Of a stretch of DNA of 64,000 nt, positions 45,042-55,100 are shown piece by piece. This stretch comes from Patescibacteria group bacterium (GTDB lineage Bacteria; Patescibacteriota; UBA1384; XYA2-FULL-43-10): positions 103,967 to 167,966 of the forward strand of contig JBAYVT010000001.1 of assembly GCA_041674405.1 (NCBI GenBank), in the 5' to 3' direction. The notes beneath the pieces are model-generated. The model did not search any database and was not told the DNA's origin. It saw only the letters and a list, made by a program, of their open reading frames with translations. Position 1 is the stretch's first letter. Each line of letters begins with the position of its first letter. The position numbers and the translations under genes are program-made.

Positions 45042-48000
45042 TTATTTAATCCTCGAGATTCCGATCCAAATTTTCTCACCGTCGATACAGAATTCTTCTG
45101 AACCTTCCGGGTTTTCGATTTTTCCGTCAGTGCTTTCTTTCGCTAGTACTTCTTTGGCAATAATTTCCGACATTGATTTCATCACTTTTTTCAATACCTC
45201 TCCCGATGTAGCGTAATTTACAACTATCCTGTTCTCAACTTCAAACCCGGACTTTTTGCGTAGCGATTGGATGTTGCGGATGAGTTCCCTGGCAACACCT
45301 TCGGTTTTTAATTCGTCAGTTAATACCGTATCAAGCTCGACGCCTGTCTCCCCTACTCCGGAATTCTTATCTCCTTCGTCAATATGAATATCTCGTGCGT
45401 CGACATAAACTACTTTTTTCACATTTACTTCTTCAGCAATGATTGTTTCCAAATCTTCAGACAATTTTTTACCGGAATATTTTAGAAGAGCTAAAGGCTG
45501 GCGAACTTTTATTCCCGCTTCCGATCTTTTGGCTAAGCCAGCTTCAACAATCTGCCGTGTTTCTGCCATCTCATCCAGAACAGAAAGATCAAATTCTTCC
45601 GGTGCGGGGAAATCGGCCAAGTGTACCGATTCCGGATCACTTTCTTGCTTTAGGCCCTGATACACGGTTTCGGCGAACATCGGAGTAAACGGCGCCAAGA
45701 GTTTCGATAAGCCGATCAAAACTTCATACAAAGTATGATATGCCGATTCTTTATCGCTGTCAGACTCCGATTTCCAAAATCTGCGGCGTGAGCGGCGGAC
45801 ATACCAAGTAGAAAGTTCGTTTATAAAATCAAGAATCGTATTTGCCGGTCTGTAGGTATCATAGTTATCCAATGATTCGGTGATGGTTTCGGTAAGTTCG
45901 TTAAACTTCGCAAGGATCCATTTGTCTAGAATGTTTGTAGCTTCTGTTTTTCCGCTCGGCTTCCAACCGTCGATTGATGCGTACATAGAAAAGAATGAAT
46001 AAACATTCCAAAGCGTGATAAATAGGTTGCGGGAAACAGACAAAACTTCTTTTTCTGAAAAAAGCTTCGGCTCACCGGGCTGATTCACAGAATAAAGGAA
46101 GAAGCGGACGACATCGGCGCCAACTTTCTCAAATTCAGCCATCGGCTCGACAATGTTTCCCTTCGACTTCGACATTTTTTGCCCTTTTTCGTCTAGAATA
46201 TGTCCTGTCGAGATAACATTTTTAAAACAAGAATTATTTTTTACAATCGTCGAGATCGCGAGAAGCGTGTAAAACCAGCCTCGGGTTTGATCGATCGCTT
46301 CGCAAATGAAATCAGCCGGGTACTGCTCAGCAAAGAGTTCGCTGTTTTCGAATGGATAGTGATATTGGGCGTATGGCATGGAGCCGGAATCGAACCAGAC
46401 ATCCATCACTTCTGGAGTTCGTTTCATCGTTCCGCCGCATTTGCAGGTGAATTCAACCTCATCAACAAATGGTTTGTGAGGATCGAAGGCAGTACCGTCA
46501 GAATTTAGATAAAATTTATGAGATAATTCATGATCAGGGCGTTCGTGTTGGAAGTATCCAGAATAATCCAAGTTCCCTAAAATCATGTTCAATGCACCAT
46601 TAATGGCCCCGTGTGCAACAATAACGATTGTCTTACCAGGATATTCTTTTCCAATCTTGGCTAAAAATTCTTTGACCCTTTCTACAACATCAGCTCTCGT
46701 TTCCCCCGTGGTGCCAAGCTTAAAATTAAATCTTTGTTCAGGAATTTTCTCAGTCACCAAATAATCTTGAAAATCTTTCCTGTCAAGTCTTTGTTCGGGT
46801 GTAAGCTCATTCCATTCGCCGGAGTCCAGCTCAATGATTCTGTCGTCGAATATCAATTCCGCATCTACATGTTTCTTAACGATTTCTGCGGATTGCTTTG
46901 CTCTCAACACCGGAGAAGATATTATTATGTCAACTTTGTCCTTTATTTTTTTTGCGGTTGTTTCCACCTGAGTCACACCCTTCTCTGTAAGAGGCCATTT
47001 ATCAAGCGCTTTTGAATCAATATCAAGAATGTTTCTCTCCGTTTCACCGTGTCGGACAAAGATCAATTTCGTTACCTTAGTATTGCTCTCGTTGAAATCC
47101 ATAAAATTGCCAACGACTTTTTTCTCGTCACACTTGTCGCAAGTCCAGACCGGGAGCGGCGTCCCCCAATATCTGTCACGGGAAATTGCCCAGTCATTGA
47201 TATTTTCGAGCCAATTGCCAAAACGGCCGTGCTTTAAGTAGGCTGGGTTCCAGTTGATTGTCTCATTATTTTCAAGAAGCTCATCTCGAAGTTTCGACAT
47301 CGCGATATACCAAGAATCCTTGGCAAAGTAGAGAAGCGGTGAGTCACAACGCCAGCAGAACGGATAATCATGGGCGAACATCTCTTTTTTAAATAATATT
47401 CCACGTTTTTCAAGATCGAGTTTCACTTCTTTGTCGGCGTCTTTGACAAAGCTTCCTTTGCCAGCGCCGGCAAGCTCCGTCCCCTTTTCATCAACGGTCT
47501 TTAAAACCTTGATGCCGTTCTTGCGAAAACCAAATTCGTAATCATCCTCACCAAATGCCGGGGCAATGTGGACGATGCCGGTGCCGTCTGAATCGGTGAC
47601 AAAATCGGCGACAATCAGCTTGTAAACTTTCTCTCCACCTTCAGAAAATTTATCTCCGTCCGGATAAATCGCTTCGTAATCCGGTTTGTCGGTGAAAGAT
47701 GGGGCAGCAATTTCCGAACCGGTCAGCTCTTTAATGACATTTGCACCAGGCAAAACGGCATCGAGACGGCTTTGCGCAAGTATATACTTCTCTCCGTCTT
47801 TTTCTGCCAAAACGTATTTGATATTCGGGCCAAATGCTAGAGCGGCGTTGCCTGCGAGCGTCCAAGGCGTTGTCGTCCAGACAAGAAAATACGCATCTTC
47901 ATGATTTGATTTAACCTTGATATAGACTGATTCCTCTTCAACATTCTTGTATCCCTGGGCAACCTCATGAGAAGATAACGCCGTACCGCAGCGCGGGCAA

Positions 48001-48563
48001 TATGGCACGACTTTGTGGCCCCTGTAAAGCAAACCTCGTTTTTCAGCTTCGGATATCACCCACCAGATCGATTCGATATATTTGGAATCGTAGGTGACAT
48101 ATGGATCTTTCATATCGAGCCAGTAGGCCATGCGCTCGGTCATCTTTTCCCACTCGGATTTGTAAACAAAAACCGACTCTTTGCAAAGTTTATTGAATTT
48201 GGCAACCGAAGCATTTTTGTCGCCCGGAACGATATTCTCGATATCGCCCTTGCCAGAAATACCGAGCTCCTTCTCCACCTGAAGCTCTACCGGAAGCCCT
48301 TGCGTGTCCCAGCCTGCTTTGCGTCGGACATTGTAGCCTTGCATAGTTTTATATCGGTTGAAAAGATCTTTGAATGCGCGGTTTAGAACATGATGAATAC
48401 CAGGCTTGCCGTTGGCTGTCGGCGGTCCTTCATAGAATACAAAATTGCCTTTCGGGCTATCCTTCCCAAGGCTCTTCTCAAATGTTTTATCCTCTCGCCA
48501 AAATTCGAGAATTTTCTTCTCTTCTTCCGGTAAATTAAGTTTTGGATCAACCTTTTTGAACAT
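45042..48563 (-). CDS. ileS: Isoleucine--tRNA ligase, type 2 (eukaryote/archaea-like), carrying an inserted ~210-aa histidine-phosphatase-fold domain
   Basis: GPPTANGKPGIHHVL (HIGH region), CP1 editing domain, KMSKSKGN. The RHG-phosphatase insert (LIFVRHGETERN ... IVIVAHGAING) lies between the two zinc knuckles (WTCDKCDEK and FTCKCGG), at roughly nt 46476-47108. Confidence 0.9.
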   Translation of the reverse strand: MFKKVDPKLNLPEEEKKILEFWREDKTFEKSLGKDSPKGNFVFYEGPPTANGKPGIHHVLNRAFKDLFNRYKTMQGYNVRRKAGWDTQGLPVELQVEKELGISGKGDIENIVPGDKNASVAKFNKLCKESVFVYKSEWEKMTERMAYWLDMKDPYVTYDSKYIESIWWVISEAEKRGLLYRGHKVVPYCPRCGTALSSHEVAQGYKNVEEESVYIKVKSNHEDAYFLVWTTTPWTLAGNAALAFGPNIKYVLAEKDGEKYILAQSRLDAVLPGANVIKELTGSEIAAPSFTDKPDYEAIYPDGDKFSEGGEKVYKLIVADFVTDSDGTGIVHIAPAFGEDDYEFGFRKNGIKVLKTVDEKGTELAGAGKGSFVKDADKEVKLDLEKRGILFKKEMFAHDYPFCWRCDSPLLYFAKDSWYIAMSKLRDELLENNETINWNPAYLKHGRFGNWLENINDWAISRDRYWGTPLPVWTCDKCDEKKVVGNFMDFNESNTKVTKLIFVRHGETERNILDIDSKALDKWPLTEKGVTQVETTAKKIKDKVDIIISSPVLRAKQSAEIVKKHVDAELIFDDRIIELDSGEWNELTPEQRLDRKDFQDYLVTEKIPEQRFNFKLGTTGETRADVVERVKEFLAKIGKEYPGKTIVIVAHGAINGALNMILGNLDYSGYFQHERPDHELSHKFYLNSDGTAFDPHKPFVDEVEFTCKCGGTMKRTPEVMDVWFDSGSMPYAQYHYPFENSELFAEQYPADFICEAIDQTRGWFYTLLAISTIVKNNSCFKNVISTGHILDEKGQKMSKSKGNIVEPMAEFEKVGADVVRFFLYSVNQPGEPKLFSEKEVLSVSRNLFITLWNVYSFFSMYASIDGWKPSGKTEATNILDKWILAKFNELTETITESLDNYDTYRPANTILDFINELSTWYVRRSRRRFWKSESDSDKESAYHTLYEVLIGLSKLLAPFTPMFAETVYQGLKQESDPESVHLADFPAPEEFDLSVLDEMAETRQIVEAGLAKRSEAGIKVRQPLALLKYSGKKLSEDLETIIAEEVNVKKVVYVDARDIHIDEGDKNSGVGETGVELDTVLTDELKTEGVARELIRNIQSLRKKSGFEVENRIVVNYATSGEVLKKVMKSMSEIIAKEVLAKESTDGKIENPEGSEEFCIDGEKIWIGISRIK

Positions 48564-48599
48564 AAAATGTCCTTAATTTGAAATTTTAACACTGATCTA

Positions 48600-48860
48600 T
48601 CACACTGATTAACACTGATATTAAAAAAGACCTAACACTATTATAGCGAAAGGCCAATCTTTTTAGTATGTGTTGAACTTTTCACTTTATGCTTTCAACT
48701 TTATACTGAACCGATTGAGGTACCAACCTAATCATTCTTAATTTTGGCAATTACGCTTGCCATACGGGAAGTTCTATTCACCCTTAGGGTTTTCTTCTCC
48801 CAGCTCGTCCGTTGATTGCGGACTTATGCGCTTTTTTCTTATAAATTATATATAGCACAT
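48600..48860 (-). promoter_or_regulatory. Candidate T-box-like leader with promoter upstream of ileS
   Basis: Minus strand shows TTGAAT-17nt-TATATA, then a short hairpin GTCCG-CAATCAA-CGGAC with AUC-A in the loop, a GGCAAGCGTAATTGCC hairpin, and ATTAGGTTGGTACC (13/14 to the T-box core ATTAGGGTGGTACC; TGGT could pair with tRNA-Ile ACCA). No clear terminator or anti-RBS. Confidence 0.3.
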
Positions 48861-48948
48861 CGCTCAGATATATTCAATGAGCTATTGACATAACCAATTA
48901 TTTATGTTACCCTAAGATAAAGAAAATCGACTGCTAGGGGGTCTTACC

Positions 48949-49197
48949 ATGTCCAAAGCTAGTCGTATCGTTTGCGGGATCATCGCATGTCTGCTCCTCT
49001 ACCCGACTTATCGGGTCGGAGCGGTTGCCCTGGATTCAATGTACCGTTACTCGCTACTGAGCGAGCTCGACCTGATGAAGATGCCGCAGGTCGACAGATT
49101 CATCCTGGAGATGCAGTACGGGTGGCCTTTCCTCGTGGCCCTGGCCCTTTTCGTAGGAGTCCTGACCTTGGCGTACAAGGCTCTCTCACGTTATTAG
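48949..49197 (+). CDS. Small GC-rich membrane protein (82 aa, 2 TM), hypothetical
   Basis: AGGGGG RBS, TTGACA-type -35 upstream, own terminator. ~55% GC. Confidence 0.55.
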   Translation: MSKASRIVCGIIACLLLYPTYRVGAVALDSMYRYSLLSELDLMKMPQVDRFILEMQYGWPFLVALALFVGVLTLAYKALSRY

Positions 49198-49234
49198 GGG
49201 TTTGAGTCAGATGAATTGGCCACAAGAGCTCGGG

Positions 49235-49266
49235 CGCCCCACTAGTTGGGGCGTTCTTGCTTTATT
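49235..49266 (+). terminator. Rho-independent terminator
   Basis: CGCCCCA-ctagt-TGGGGCG followed by TTCTTGCTTTATT. Confidence 0.7.
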
Positions 49267-49318
49267 ATAATCATTTGGGTCCATTGTGATATTATTATTG
49301 AAGAGTTAATAGGAAGAT

Positions 49319-49804
49319 GTGGAAATGAATCAAGAAATCTATTTGAAAATCGGAGTTGTGGTTCTAAACGAAAATGACGAAATTCTTTTGATCAAGGAGA
49401 AAGTTGATGAAGAATCAGAACCGGCGCTCAACATCATAAAAGGGACTTTTGATAAACCTCACGAAAGTATTATCGATTGCGCCAAGCGAGAATGCTTGGA
49501 GGAAGCGGGGCTTGAGGTAGAGTTTCTAGGAGTCTTGAATATATTGACCATGCAGTCTCGCGGAAAACTCAAAATCCAGTTTAATTTTGTTGCCAGAGCA
49601 AACACCGACAAGGTTTCCCTGCCAAAAGAAAGAGGCCTCCACATTGAAGGAGAAAATATCATTGGAGAATCTTGGTTTACCAACGATCAGATTGCAGATC
49701 TAGAACCCAAAGATTTTGTTGCAGATTACACGCTACGCATTATCCGAGAATGGATAGAAAATGGTAAAGTATATTCCCTAAATATTTTGGAAGACCAATT
49801 TTAA
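49319..49804 (+). CDS. NUDIX hydrolase
   Basis: Nudix box GTFDKPHESIIDCAKRECLEEAGLEV. Confidence 0.8.
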   Translation: MEMNQEIYLKIGVVVLNENDEILLIKEKVDEESEPALNIIKGTFDKPHESIIDCAKRECLEEAGLEVEFLGVLNILTMQSRGKLKIQFNFVARANTDKVSLPKERGLHIEGENIIGESWFTNDQIADLEPKDFVADYTLRIIREWIENGKVYSLNILEDQF

Positions 49805-49805
49805 A

Positions 49806-50459
49806 TTATTGCAAATACTTAATTGCAATTTCCGCGACTTTGTTTGCTTTCATACCATGTTTATATTTTGACTCAAGGAATTCGATCAACTTTTTTTGCT
49901 TCTCGTAACCTTCTTCGCGATGACTTGGTAAAAATTCGCTAAATTCATAGTTCATCACAAATGTCAGCGCCTCTTTAAAATCGTTAAAACTCTCGTAAGG
50001 CAATCCGGCTTTTTTGAACTCCGGAGCAATCAGCTTATGTGTATAAAAATGTAATATTTCGTGAATAATATTCGAATTTGGATCCGGGCGGCCGAAACAT
50101 ACAAAAAAGTAACCTTGGCCGGTATTATATCCGCAACAAACATTGAATGTTAAAAAAGCGGTCAAATTGTCCTGCGTTTCATTGGTTTCGAAGAATTCAT
50201 CAGCTTTTTTAAAAAAAGGTTTTTCAATTTTTCGCCAATTATTTTCAATCGACTTAGTTTTTTCTGCAATATAGTCTCGTTGGTTCTCAGCATTTTGAGC
50301 AAAATATTTTGTCACATCTCTCTCATTATCAGGATCAAAACCAGACTCTTTAATTATGTAATAATTCTTCGGCTTTTCATTCGAGAGGTGATTTATCGAT
50401 CCAAGCGTAGAAAAATAATTTCCGATTTCTCTCTTTGTTGAATATTTGAAAATTATCAT
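49806..50459 (-). CDS. Hypothetical protein with HExxH motif (possible metallopeptidase-like fold)
   Basis: HEILHFYTH. Start set at MIIFKYST, 1 nt after the upstream stop; the track's longer ORF would overlap the CYTH gene by 65 nt. Confidence 0.4.
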   Translation of the reverse strand: MIIFKYSTKREIGNYFSTLGSINHLSNEKPKNYYIIKESGFDPDNERDVTKYFAQNAENQRDYIAEKTKSIENNWRKIEKPFFKKADEFFETNETQDNLTAFLTFNVCCGYNTGQGYFFVCFGRPDPNSNIIHEILHFYTHKLIAPEFKKAGLPYESFNDFKEALTFVMNYEFSEFLPSHREEGYEKQKKLIEFLESKYKHGMKANKVAEIAIKYLQ

Positions 50460-50460
50460 T

Positions 50461-51105
50461 CTATACCTCGATGTACTCTTTAAATTTTTCGAGGATGTCT
50501 GACAATTTATCTTTTTCAAGATCAATTCGATAACCAGGGCGACTGTTTAATTCATCCAGAAGGTCATAGAACTCTTCCTCACCCAAAACTTTCAGCCCCA
50601 AGGCATCAATTTCTTTGTCTAGTATTTTATTAGCGTCAGCAACATTCTCTTCATCAGTCAAGATTTCGGCCTCAAAATAATGTCCCCAATCAGGGACTTC
50701 AACAACTGCAAATTCGACTCCACGATACTCGTAGTCATATTTTGTGTTCGCCATAAGGACATATTTTGTAAATCCGAGGATTTTTAGAAATTCGATAAAA
50801 TCAGTGAATTTTTTGGTCTCAAATTCAAAATTATATTCTTTTCTGGCATCTTTGCCACTCCATTTGCCATATTTGCATGCTAACTCTGCTTGGCCATTTG
50901 TGATACGGATTTTAAGATCGACCGGATCATCTTTCACTTCGCGAATACTTTTTATGCTTGCGCTTTTTATCATCGAAAAGCGTTTTTTCTTGCCTAAAAA
51001 AGTGCCTTCCTTGGAGAGAAAAGAATTTAAATGCTCAAACTTTTCCGCGGTCAGTAGCCCGCGATGCTCGACTTCCATCTGCGACATATTATTCCTTATG
51101 GCCAA
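50461..51105 (-). CDS. CYTH-domain protein (triphosphate tunnel metalloenzyme / class IV adenylyl cyclase-like)
   Basis: N-terminal EVEHRGLL (ExExK-type) and alternating charged beta-strand pattern. Confidence 0.65.
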   Translation of the reverse strand: MAIRNNMSQMEVEHRGLLTAEKFEHLNSFLSKEGTFLGKKKRFSMIKSASIKSIREVKDDPVDLKIRITNGQAELACKYGKWSGKDARKEYNFEFETKKFTDFIEFLKILGFTKYVLMANTKYDYEYRGVEFAVVEVPDWGHYFEAEILTDEENVADANKILDKEIDALGLKVLGEEEFYDLLDELNSRPGYRIDLEKDKLSDILEKFKEYIEV

Positions 51106-51133
51106 ATTTAAAAAGTAGTATTATTATTTTACT

Positions 51134-52135
51134 ATGGAAAACAAACTAATTACCAGTCTAAATAAATTTTACAGTTTAGATATTACTCGGATTGTTGCCA
51201 AAGCTAAGGGCGGATTTTTGAGTGATAATATGATTGTGGCAAACAAAGACCAAAAATTCTTTCTACGCAAATACCGTGACAAATATTCCAGTGATGATAT
51301 TGCAAGTATACACAAAAGTAAGCAATTTTTCTTCGAACATGGCATTCCCATAATCATGCCGATTAAAACCGTAAATGGAGACACATTCGTTGAAATTACT
51401 GGTAAATTTTATGGATTATTTCCATTTATCGAAGAAAAAGATATTAACCGAAACAAGCTAAACGACGACGTTTTAATATCAATCGCTCAGATGCAAGCGA
51501 AAATGCATCTTTTGAGTAAAGATGGAACGCCAAAAGTTACTGTAGAATCGAAAAATGTTTGGGATAAAAAAAAATCTTTACAAATGGCAAAGGAATTTGG
51601 AAAAATCATTTCACAGAAAAAATTATTAAATGGATTTGATCGCTTAGCAAGGAAATTTATTAGGCTAAAGAAGAAAATAATTGAAGAAAATAAATTAAAG
51701 TTTGAAGATTTGAACATCAGGTCAGATCACCTGGTTCATGGTGATTTCCATGCCGGTAATCTGTTTTATGACGATAACGATACGGTAAAATATGTATTCG
51801 ATCTCGAAAAAACGATTTTCGCGCCACGGGCATTTGAGCTTGTTAGGTCAATCATATTTATATGTTTCAGTAAGGGCTTTGAAAAGGGCATGGAAAAAGC
51901 CGGTTTGTATTTGAAAGCTTATCACAAAATATATCCGATCTCGGATTCAGAATTTCGGGCAGGATTTCTCATGAGATATCTTGATATGGCTCATTCTTTC
52001 TGGATCGAAGAGCATCATTATCTAAAGAAGTACTACAAAACAGATGTTTTATACCGAGACGATTTTATAAAACTAGAATATTTTTCCCGTGATATCAAGG
52101 GCGTGATTCGGAGAATATTAAAAAACGCGAAATAG
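51134..52135 (+). CDS. APH-family phosphotransferase (aminoglycoside/homoserine-kinase-II-like)
   Basis: HLVHGDFHAGNLFYDDNDTVKYVFDLE matches HGD..N...D[FL]E. Confidence 0.75.
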   Translation: MENKLITSLNKFYSLDITRIVAKAKGGFLSDNMIVANKDQKFFLRKYRDKYSSDDIASIHKSKQFFFEHGIPIIMPIKTVNGDTFVEITGKFYGLFPFIEEKDINRNKLNDDVLISIAQMQAKMHLLSKDGTPKVTVESKNVWDKKKSLQMAKEFGKIISQKKLLNGFDRLARKFIRLKKKIIEENKLKFEDLNIRSDHLVHGDFHAGNLFYDDNDTVKYVFDLEKTIFAPRAFELVRSIIFICFSKGFEKGMEKAGLYLKAYHKIYPISDSEFRAGFLMRYLDMAHSFWIEEHHYLKKYYKTDVLYRDDFIKLEYFSRDIKGVIRRILKNAK

Positions 52136-52143
52136 CGAAATAG

Positions 52144-55100
52144 CTAAATCACGATATTTACAATTTTTCCAGGTACGACGATTACTTTTTTAATCTCTTT
52201 GCCAGTAATAAATGCGCTGACTTTTTCACTATTTTTAGCAGCTTCCTCGAGGGCAGTTTTTTCAATATCTTTATCTACTTCGATGACATCGCGAAGTTTG
52301 CCATTGACCTGAATGGCAATTTTGATCTTATCGTCGCCTTTCAAGCTTTCATCAAATTTCGGCCAAGCTGAATTTGAAACCAAACCCTCGTTGCCGAGCT
52401 TTTCCCATAATTCTTCGGCCAAATGAGGAGCAGCCGGTGCTAGAAGCTGGCAGAATACACCAAATGATTTTTTACTAATTTCTTTCTCGGCCGACATAAG
52501 ATTGTTGAAAGTCATAAGTTTGGCAACATAAGTATTCAAGTTGAATCGCTCAAGATCGTTCTCAACAGCAAAGACTAATTTATTTACAGCAACTGCAAGA
52601 TTATCACTATCAACTTTACCAGAGACTTTGTCCGAGTTTTCCCAAACTTTATTAAGAAATCTTGAAACGCCAGATAAGCCGTCCATGTTCCAGGCGGATT
52701 CTTTATCATACGGCCCGATGAACATAATGTAGGTGCGAAGCGCATCGGCACCATAGCGCTTCACAACATCATCCGGATTGACCACATTCCCCCGCGATTT
52801 GCTCATTTTTTGGTTGTCCGCGCCAAGTATGATCCCGTGAGCGATTCGTTTGTTATATGGCTCAAGCGTTGGCACTTTGCCAAGATCATATAGAAATTTG
52901 TGCCAAAAACGCGAATACAAAAGGTGCAAAGTTGTATGTTCGTTGCCGCCATTGTAAAGATCAACCGGCATCCAATATTTCAATTCTTTGACTGATGCTG
53001 AGAAAATGTCTTCGCTTGATTCATAATTCTTGATTCTTGATTCTTGATTCATTGCGTAAGCGATGAAGTACCACGATGATCCCGCCCAGTTTGGCATCGT
53101 ATCGGTCTCGCGCTTGGCGGGGCCGCCGCACTTCGGGCAGGTTGTATTTACCCAGTCGGTAATTGCGGCAAGCGGGGACTCACCGGTATCGGTCGGCTCA
53201 TACTTTTCAACCTCCGGTAAAGTAAGTGGTAAATCTTTCTCATCCATCGGCACAGTCCCGCACTTCTCGCAGTGGATGATAGGGATCGGCTCGCCCCAGT
53301 AGTGCTGGCGGGAAAATATCCAGTCACGAAGCTTGAAATTGACTGCGAAATCCCCGGCACCCATTTCCTTGAGCTTCTCGGTTATTTTCTTTTTACCTTC
53401 TTCTGATGTTAACCCATCAAACTCTTTGGAATTGGCAAGAACGCCATATTCCTCAAATGAATGTGCTGGATTATGAAAGCGGTCACGGACAATTTCATGC
53501 TCTATCGGCAGGACATATCCTTTGATATTCTCAATTTCATCCCAATCCGCCCAGAACGGTTCGCTTTCCTCTGCCTCTTCTTTGGATAACGGCTCCTGCT
53601 CCTCATCAAGCAACTCGAAAGCCAAAGGATAATATGTAGCTTTTCTATTCACATTTTTGTGAGTTGCATGGAAATGGACTTCCATCGGGCCGCCTAAGTT
53701 TCGAACGAATTTGACGTTCTTGTAACCGGTTTCTTCTAAAATCTCGCGCTTGGCGGTATCAACGATTGATTCACCTGGCTCAATGCCGCCGATAACCAAC
53801 CCGATCCAAGGAAACTTCTTCCACTTAAGGGCTAGAACTTTGTTATTTTTGGGATTTATTACCACGGCATAAACCTGCTTTCGCTCGACTGTCTCTACGC
53901 CATCGATTGGCGGATCATTTTTATCAATTAGTTTAGGAATGATAACTTCCTTGATTGGAATATTGTATTTTTCGGCAAATTCAAAATCCCTCTGGTCGTG
54001 CGCAGGCACCGCCATCACGGCACCGGTTCCATAGGTTGCGAGAACATAATCAGCAATCCACACAGAAACTTCCTCGCCGTTTATCGGATTTATAGCTTTA
54101 ATTCCTTTTAATTCCACTCCAGTCTTGTCTTTGGCAAGCTCAGTCCTGTCCATATCTGACTTTTTCTTCGCATTTTCAATATAGTTTTCCACATCTTTGA
54201 CATTTGATATTTGATCTTTGATTTTGTCAACGAGTTCGTGTTCCGGCGCTAATACTATATATGTCACGCCGAAAAGCGTATCCGCGCGAGTAGTGTAGAC
54301 CTTGATAATATTATCATTTAAGGATTCCAGAAACTTGGCTCTTTCAAGATCATTTTTTCCGGCTCTGCGTTCTTTTTGGGCGGTAATCTTATAACAATTT
54401 GCCAGCCATTTTGCATCGGGAACTAAAAATTCATGCCCGTCCAGTTCTTTTATAGTATCTCCCAGATCATGATCAAGTGTCCCAATCTCAATGTTGAAAT
54501 CATCAGTACGAAAGACGCAAACCTGAAATTTTCCGTTGTCCTTATCTTCAATTTTACTGTAACCAAGTTCAGAAAAGATTTTTTTGCTTTCATCAAAATC
54601 TTTGGCCAAAACTCCCAAATCAACATCTGCAGGATTTTCAAAAATATTTCCGCAATATCCAGCAACTGCAAAAGTACCATTAACCCAGAGTTTGATATTG
54701 CGCTTTTTAAATTCTGAATTGATCCTATCAATCGCTTCAAGCATTTTATTTGTTTTGTCAGAAATATTGGCATTCCCAAGATCAACTTTTTCTGAAGTTT
54801 GCTCCGCTTCGGTTGAAATGACAATTTTAAAATCAATTTCCGTTCCCTCGGATCGGCCAATCCAGTTTATCTGCTGGGTTTTGATATTCTCAAGATAATC
54901 AACGGTATCGAGATCCTTGATCAATCTATCTGCATAGGCTGTGATACGGAGCATCCATTGCTTCTGTTTGCGTTTTTCTGTCTGCGCGCCGCAGCGTTCA
55001 CAATTTCCGCCGATCACCTCTTCGTTGGCGAGGATGATTTTGCATGATGGGCACCAGTTAACTGGCATCTCGGCCTGAAATGCCAAGCGTGGAGTTTCTT

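Noticed and set aside
48600-48640. ACACTGAT x3 short tandem repeats as a CRISPR-like array
   Set aside because: Units of 8-9 nt with no spacers and no cas genes. More likely a regulatory or slippage motif upstream of ileS.
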